From a virus (lineage: Duplodnaviria > Caudoviricetes): a stretch of DNA of 47,813 nt. The DNA is taken from IMG/VR virus record IMGVR_UViG_3300020045_009153, positions 1-47,813 of that record; one strand, 5' to 3'. Below the pieces are notes generated by a model, which did not search any database, was not told where the DNA came from, and saw only the letters and a list, made by a program, of their open reading frames with translations. A program made the translations under genes and the position numbers. Positions 44,077 to 47,813 of this stretch are shown here, piece after piece (positions within the stretch are counted from its first letter, which is position 1; each line of letters begins with the position of its first letter).

Positions 44077-46183
44077 CTTTTTTCTCCTTTCCTTCGGTTT
44101 TGCCGAATTTTTGCATCAATGACATCATCATTTTCATTTGGCCTTCGTGTTCCTGAATGTGATGGGTTGTGAATTGCTGAATCTGCATCGCCAAATGAGG
44201 TGGCAAAGATGCTAGCGAGGGGGACTGAAGAAGTTCCATGTGCTTTTGGATATGTAGTATATGGTTTTCCGATATTTGAGCACGGACTCTTGCGAAATCC
44301 CCCTGCACTATCAAAGTATTTTCATCTTCGGGCTTGTCAATCATGTCTGAATCGGGTTCGGGGCCTAAGTACTGTTCGGGTTCTTTTCCGTAGGCTTTTA
44401 AAAAATCAGCCGTAATCTTGTAAATCTTAACGGGATCAGTGCCTACCAACACGTTCTGCAAGAGCATGGAGTAAAGCATCGAAGCAAGCTCTCTTTCGGT
44501 CTGTTTTGAACCCATTGAAGGATCATTCGAGATGTAAGCATCAAACTCGCCCGTTATTCCGTCAGCCGTCAGCTCGTTTTCAGTAAAAAGAGGAAGCCCG
44601 TCTTCTCCGAGAATTCTATTTTCAAGACCAGGCGGTATATTTAATTGAACCAAATCAAGATGATGTCTCATAATTCTCGAAGCTCCGTCTCTCAATCTAC
44701 CAGAAGGCATGGCGAATCTCTGCTCAGCGCTCTGCATGATGGCGTTTGTTCTCGTAGCCGTTCCCGACCCTCCGACAATTTCAGATTCTTTTCCCATCAC
44801 ATAAGAAGAAGCTGCGGACAGTCTCTCGATAAACTCCAAAACAAGGCGAATTGCGTTTAAAATTTGATCGGACTGAATTCTCACATCCGGGAAAAAAACA
44901 TTCCTCGAAGGATCTGAAACGGGTGTCCCTTTGTTTGGGCCAAGCTTCAGCACGGGGGCATCTACGTCGCCTCCTGGATCGTAAAAAAATGGCCTTAAAA
45001 CGCTCAACGTGTTAGAGTCGCTCAATTGATTAAAAAGAGCGTCTATTTCCTCAGAGAGCTCCTTGATTTTTTCAAGAATTCCCTCTCCGTCAGTTTCCTC
45101 AGGTCTCTCGATGCGATTGTCGAATTTTGTAAGGTCTATGGGTCTTTTGCCTGACTTCGTGATGTCTTTTACTGCCATGCCTCCGATGTAAAGCTCATAC
45201 TCTGGGCAGATTAAAATTCTTACATCTTCAGCGAATCCGTCTCCGTCAACGTCGAAGTTTCCGTACCATTTCAAAACTTCTACAGGAACGTTTCTTATTT
45301 TAATTGATTTTATTTTCTCTTCCTCTTCTGATGAAAGTCCAGTTGTTTCGGGGCGATCCCAATTTATTTTACTTCTCAAAAGATCGATATTAACAAACTT
45401 TCCGTTCAACTCCCCGTCTTCAAGCTCCCTGTATTTAAAAGAATCCCTCAGGATCACGGGGTCAGAGTGGATGTCAGTACATCCTTCGGGAAGAAAAACG
45501 TCCTCTTTGGCGTAAACTTTTGAAATCGTTGTTTCAATTGTATCTATGACTCTTGATTTAGAAATAGCAGGAGTCCCATCGGGATTTAAAATGGGCTGAC
45601 CCATCTCGTCTACAATGGGTTCCTCGATTGTCTTCCCGCGATCAATAGGAGTTACTTTCCAGGAAGATTCGGTTAATCCGTCTCCGTAGGCTGCGACCTG
45701 CTTCACCCAAATGTCAAAAAACACCTTAAGTTTGGAATGCACAAACACCCACCAATGCATGAGCTTCGTAATTCTCTCTACTTTTGGTTGGTCGGTGGAC
45801 TCCCCTGGTTTCCATCTCACCAAGTCTTCGTTAATCACCGAGGGAGTGAGACGGCTTACGATCATGTCTAAGATCGCCGTCCCAATGCGAAGCGATCTAT
45901 TCGAGCAGTATTTCCAAGGAATATCTTTGGGTTCTCTTTTAGCATTGTAAAGATCTCTCAAACCCTTCAACCATTTGTCAAAGTCAAGACTTCCGCCCTT
46001 AGAATCCAACCCAAAGTCTTTTTTAGACCTCGCTAATTTAGAAGAACCGAGGTCTTCTAAGATTATCTCCACAAGCTGCTTTTCCATAGATTCAGAAATT
46101 TGAATCTGGACAGTCGGCTTGACCATTTGCGGTTCAATGGGTTTTTCTTCAAAGTTTTGTTTTTGAAGTTCGTCTTTTATCAT
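43943..46183 (-). CDS. portal protein
   Basis: 746 aa between terminase and scaffold; YG.G, G.GI.E.I..L..EI....NQ..D, G...GTAT; Gln/His-rich C-terminus. Confidence 0.88.
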   Translation of the reverse strand: MIKDELQKQNFEEKPIEPQMVKPTVQIQISESMEKQLVEIILEDLGSSKLARSKKDFGLDSKGGSLDFDKWLKGLRDLYNAKREPKDIPWKYCSNRSLRIGTAILDMIVSRLTPSVINEDLVRWKPGESTDQPKVERITKLMHWWVFVHSKLKVFFDIWVKQVAAYGDGLTESSWKVTPIDRGKTIEEPIVDEMGQPILNPDGTPAISKSRVIDTIETTISKVYAKEDVFLPEGCTDIHSDPVILRDSFKYRELEDGELNGKFVNIDLLRSKINWDRPETTGLSSEEEEKIKSIKIRNVPVEVLKWYGNFDVDGDGFAEDVRILICPEYELYIGGMAVKDITKSGKRPIDLTKFDNRIERPEETDGEGILEKIKELSEEIDALFNQLSDSNTLSVLRPFFYDPGGDVDAPVLKLGPNKGTPVSDPSRNVFFPDVRIQSDQILNAIRLVLEFIERLSAASSYVMGKESEIVGGSGTATRTNAIMQSAEQRFAMPSGRLRDGASRIMRHHLDLVQLNIPPGLENRILGEDGLPLFTENELTADGITGEFDAYISNDPSMGSKQTERELASMLYSMLLQNVLVGTDPVKIYKITADFLKAYGKEPEQYLGPEPDSDMIDKPEDENTLIVQGDFARVRAQISENHILHIQKHMELLQSPSLASLPPHLAMQIQQFTTHHIQEHEGQMKMMMSLMQKFGKTEGKEKKDGVDGEGSEGPASSGDGGPSSVETVPGALGSAMQTKRGGEVLGS

Positions 46184-46296
46184 TTTTTCTTTTTTTCTTT
46201 TGTTTCCTTTAACATTTCTTTAAGAATTTCGCGAAGTCTGGCCCAATGATCCGCCGAGACTGTTCCAAGTTTTTCTATTTCTTCTAAAATATTCAT
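46180..46296 (-). CDS. 38-aa hypothetical protein
   Basis: Read by eye: MNILEEIEKLG...KKKK; AAGGTG SD; ATGA-coupled to portal. Confidence 0.4.
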   Translation of the reverse strand: MNILEEIEKLGTVSADHWARLREILKEMLKETKEKKKK

Positions 46297-46350
46297 AATC
46301 ACCTTTAGTACTTAACTTTAAACTTACTCATAATTTTATTTTTACGCTTT

Positions 46351-46947
46351 TTAGACTTCTTCGATCTCTTGTGAACCTTCGATCCCCAAACCATTAGTTC
46401 CTCGCTTATCTGTTAAGAGTTTCATTTTTCTCACTTTTTCCAACTGTTCTAATGTCTTTATTTTTTCCTTCTGTAAATCCTCGTCAGTCATCTGATGAAA
46501 CTCGTTATGGGTTACAGAGGTGAAATTAAACGAAACATCTCCAGATTTTCCTTCCGCTTCTTCACGGATGTCCCTTAACACCAACCTTGCTTGAGACAAC
46601 TTCCCGTCTGACTTTAGAATTGAATACTGCTCCTGAAGCTCTTCGAGTCTTTTTCTCTTGTGAAACAATGGAATCTCACCGCATTTAGAAATGTATTCAT
46701 CTCTGAATTGTTCAATAACGGGTGTCCACTTCTCAGCCTTTCTTAACTCCGCGATGGCTTCCTTGGTAACCTTTTTTCCGTATTCCTTTTGGGCGAATTC
46801 AACAATATCAGGATTAGTCCAAAACCAGGCAATCCTCCTACAAAGCTCTAACTGTTCGTTTGGAGAGAACTTATGCGTTTTCTTTCCATAGCCCTTTGGA
46901 CTTTTCCCCATCTGTTCGATGACCTCAAGAGAACTTTTTAAACTCAT
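46351..46947 (-). CDS. DUF2280-like / terminase small subunit-like DNA-binding protein
   Basis: HTH-like IA.F....DIVE....EYG..VT; R..Y...EIP..HK..RL..L...A...L...EE; start 46947 or 46911. Confidence 0.6.
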   Translation of the reverse strand: MSLKSSLEVIEQMGKSPKGYGKKTHKFSPNEQLELCRRIAWFWTNPDIVEFAQKEYGKKVTKEAIAELRKAEKWTPVIEQFRDEYISKCGEIPLFHKRKRLEELQEQYSILKSDGKLSQARLVLRDIREEAEGKSGDVSFNFTSVTHNEFHQMTDEDLQKEKIKTLEQLEKVRKMKLLTDKRGTNGLGIEGSQEIEEV

Positions 46948-47813
46948 CAGTATGCCATCTCCGCTTCTTCGTGGATATTTTCCTGTAAAACCCTGAAACG
47001 AGGCTTGTTGATCAAGAAGTACCGAACGCAATCAGCTCCGTCAGAGTCCTTATCCTGAGTTTCCTCTTTCAGGTCTCTTTTGTTCTTGGTCTTACCCGCC
47101 CACTCGTCGTATTGGTAGTTTCTCATTGACCTAATGGTTATCGGCACGTTGGCCCGGTTAAAAAAGACCTTAGGTTTGTTCATGACCGTGACTTCCTTAT
47201 TTTTGTCAAAATGAAGGTAGTCCCTGACCAACATGTGACCCAGTTCAATATTGTCATTCGATGGGTAGAAACCACAGCCATGTTTCGTTAACTCATCCTT
47301 GACCGACCAATTAGAACCAGGTCGTGAAGGCTTTAAACCAAAATTGGGGTCTATAAGCCTTTTTCTCATCCTGTAACCCCTGGCTTGTTCGATGTTCCTA
47401 ATCTTAAGAGCCAAGTCATCCAACTCACACCTTACTACTAACTCATAATCAATAAAGATATCGTCGTTCCTATCGACAAACCCCCATATAACGTGATGGG
47501 GTTTTCTGTCGTGAGGATCTAAAACGCAAGTCACGGGGTCTGGGTATTGGTACTTAAAATCAATAATATGAACGTCTGAGAACTCCCTATAAACTCTGCC
47601 CCTAAGAGTGAAGAATTGCCCATCGACCCTGATTTCCTTTATTTCCTCAGGTAGAGACTCCTCAAAGTCTTTAATCGATTCTTCGCTCAAGATCTGGTTC
47701 CCGCTGATGTCGAACTTATTATCCCTCATCTGAGCGAAAAAACACTCAATGCGTTTACCGTCAGCCTTATCAATGAGCTCAGTCTTCATCCAAGCTTCTG
47801 TCAGAGTCGTGAA
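46947..47813 (-). CDS. terminase large subunit (C-terminal part; 5' end outside window)
   Basis: Open to the window edge; R..G.F....GRVY.EF, DPH..KP, DP, D..D..RY RNase H-like nuclease motifs. Confidence 0.88.
   Translation of the reverse strand, partial: FTTLTEAWMKTELIDKADGKRIECFFAQMRDNKFDISGNQILSEESIKDFEESLPEEIKEIRVDGQFFTLRGRVYREFSDVHIIDFKYQYPDPVTCVLDPHDRKPHHVIWGFVDRNDDIFIDYELVVRCELDDLALKIRNIEQARGYRMRKRLIDPNFGLKPSRPGSNWSVKDELTKHGCGFYPSNDNIELGHMLVRDYLHFDKNKEVTVMNKPKVFFNRANVPITIRSMRNYQYDEWAGKTKNKRDLKEETQDKDSDGADCVRYFLINKPRFRVLQENIHEEAEMAY

Noticed and set aside
45230-45265. DVDGDG calcium-binding-like motif in portal
   Set aside because: A single short motif; not enough to claim a function.
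1-47813. Alternative genetic code, integrase/att site, rRNA
   Set aside because: Genes are full length in the standard code with TAA, TAG and TGA all used as stops; no recombinase or rRNA signature recognised.

Overview
This window reads as most of a tailed dsDNA bacteriophage genome (podovirus-like), in two converging arms. The + strand arm (1-10.8 kb) is an early/replication region: PD-(D/E)XK exonuclease, HTH protein, lambdoid-type replication initiator with an internal origin-like repeat tract, helicase-loader-like and NinG-like genes, a DNA methyltransferase, a Mom-like DNA-modifying GNAT, a Tad1-like anti-defence sponge, an HNH endonuclease, many small Cys-rich ORFs and a radical SAM gene. 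The - strand arm (47.8 to 10.8 kb) runs terminase large subunit (cut by the window edge), DUF2280/TerS-like, portal, scaffold, major capsid, decoration/fibre proteins, lysis-type membrane genes, adaptor, nozzle and ejection proteins. It then continues into a ~14.6-kb glycan-modification operon with its own promoter: 4 GT2 genes, TMTC-like and YfhO-like membrane proteins, 3 SAM methyltransferases, 3 radical SAM enzymes, a deacetylase, a metallophosphoesterase and GroES. The most novel-looking signals are: (1) this radical-SAM/glycosyltransferase operon; (2) two intergenic tRNA-shaped RNAs whose anticodon arm is replaced by large structured inserts; (3) a promoter-proximal RNA switch resembling P1 c4 / P4 CI in front of the replication initiator; (4) two adjacent ejection-region proteins sharing an HExxH-type N-terminal domain; and (5) a LamG domain nested in a LamG domain inside the nozzle. 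No integrase, repressor, endolysin, CRISPR array or reverse transcriptase was recognised. All protein calls come from motif recognition by eye, not database searches.
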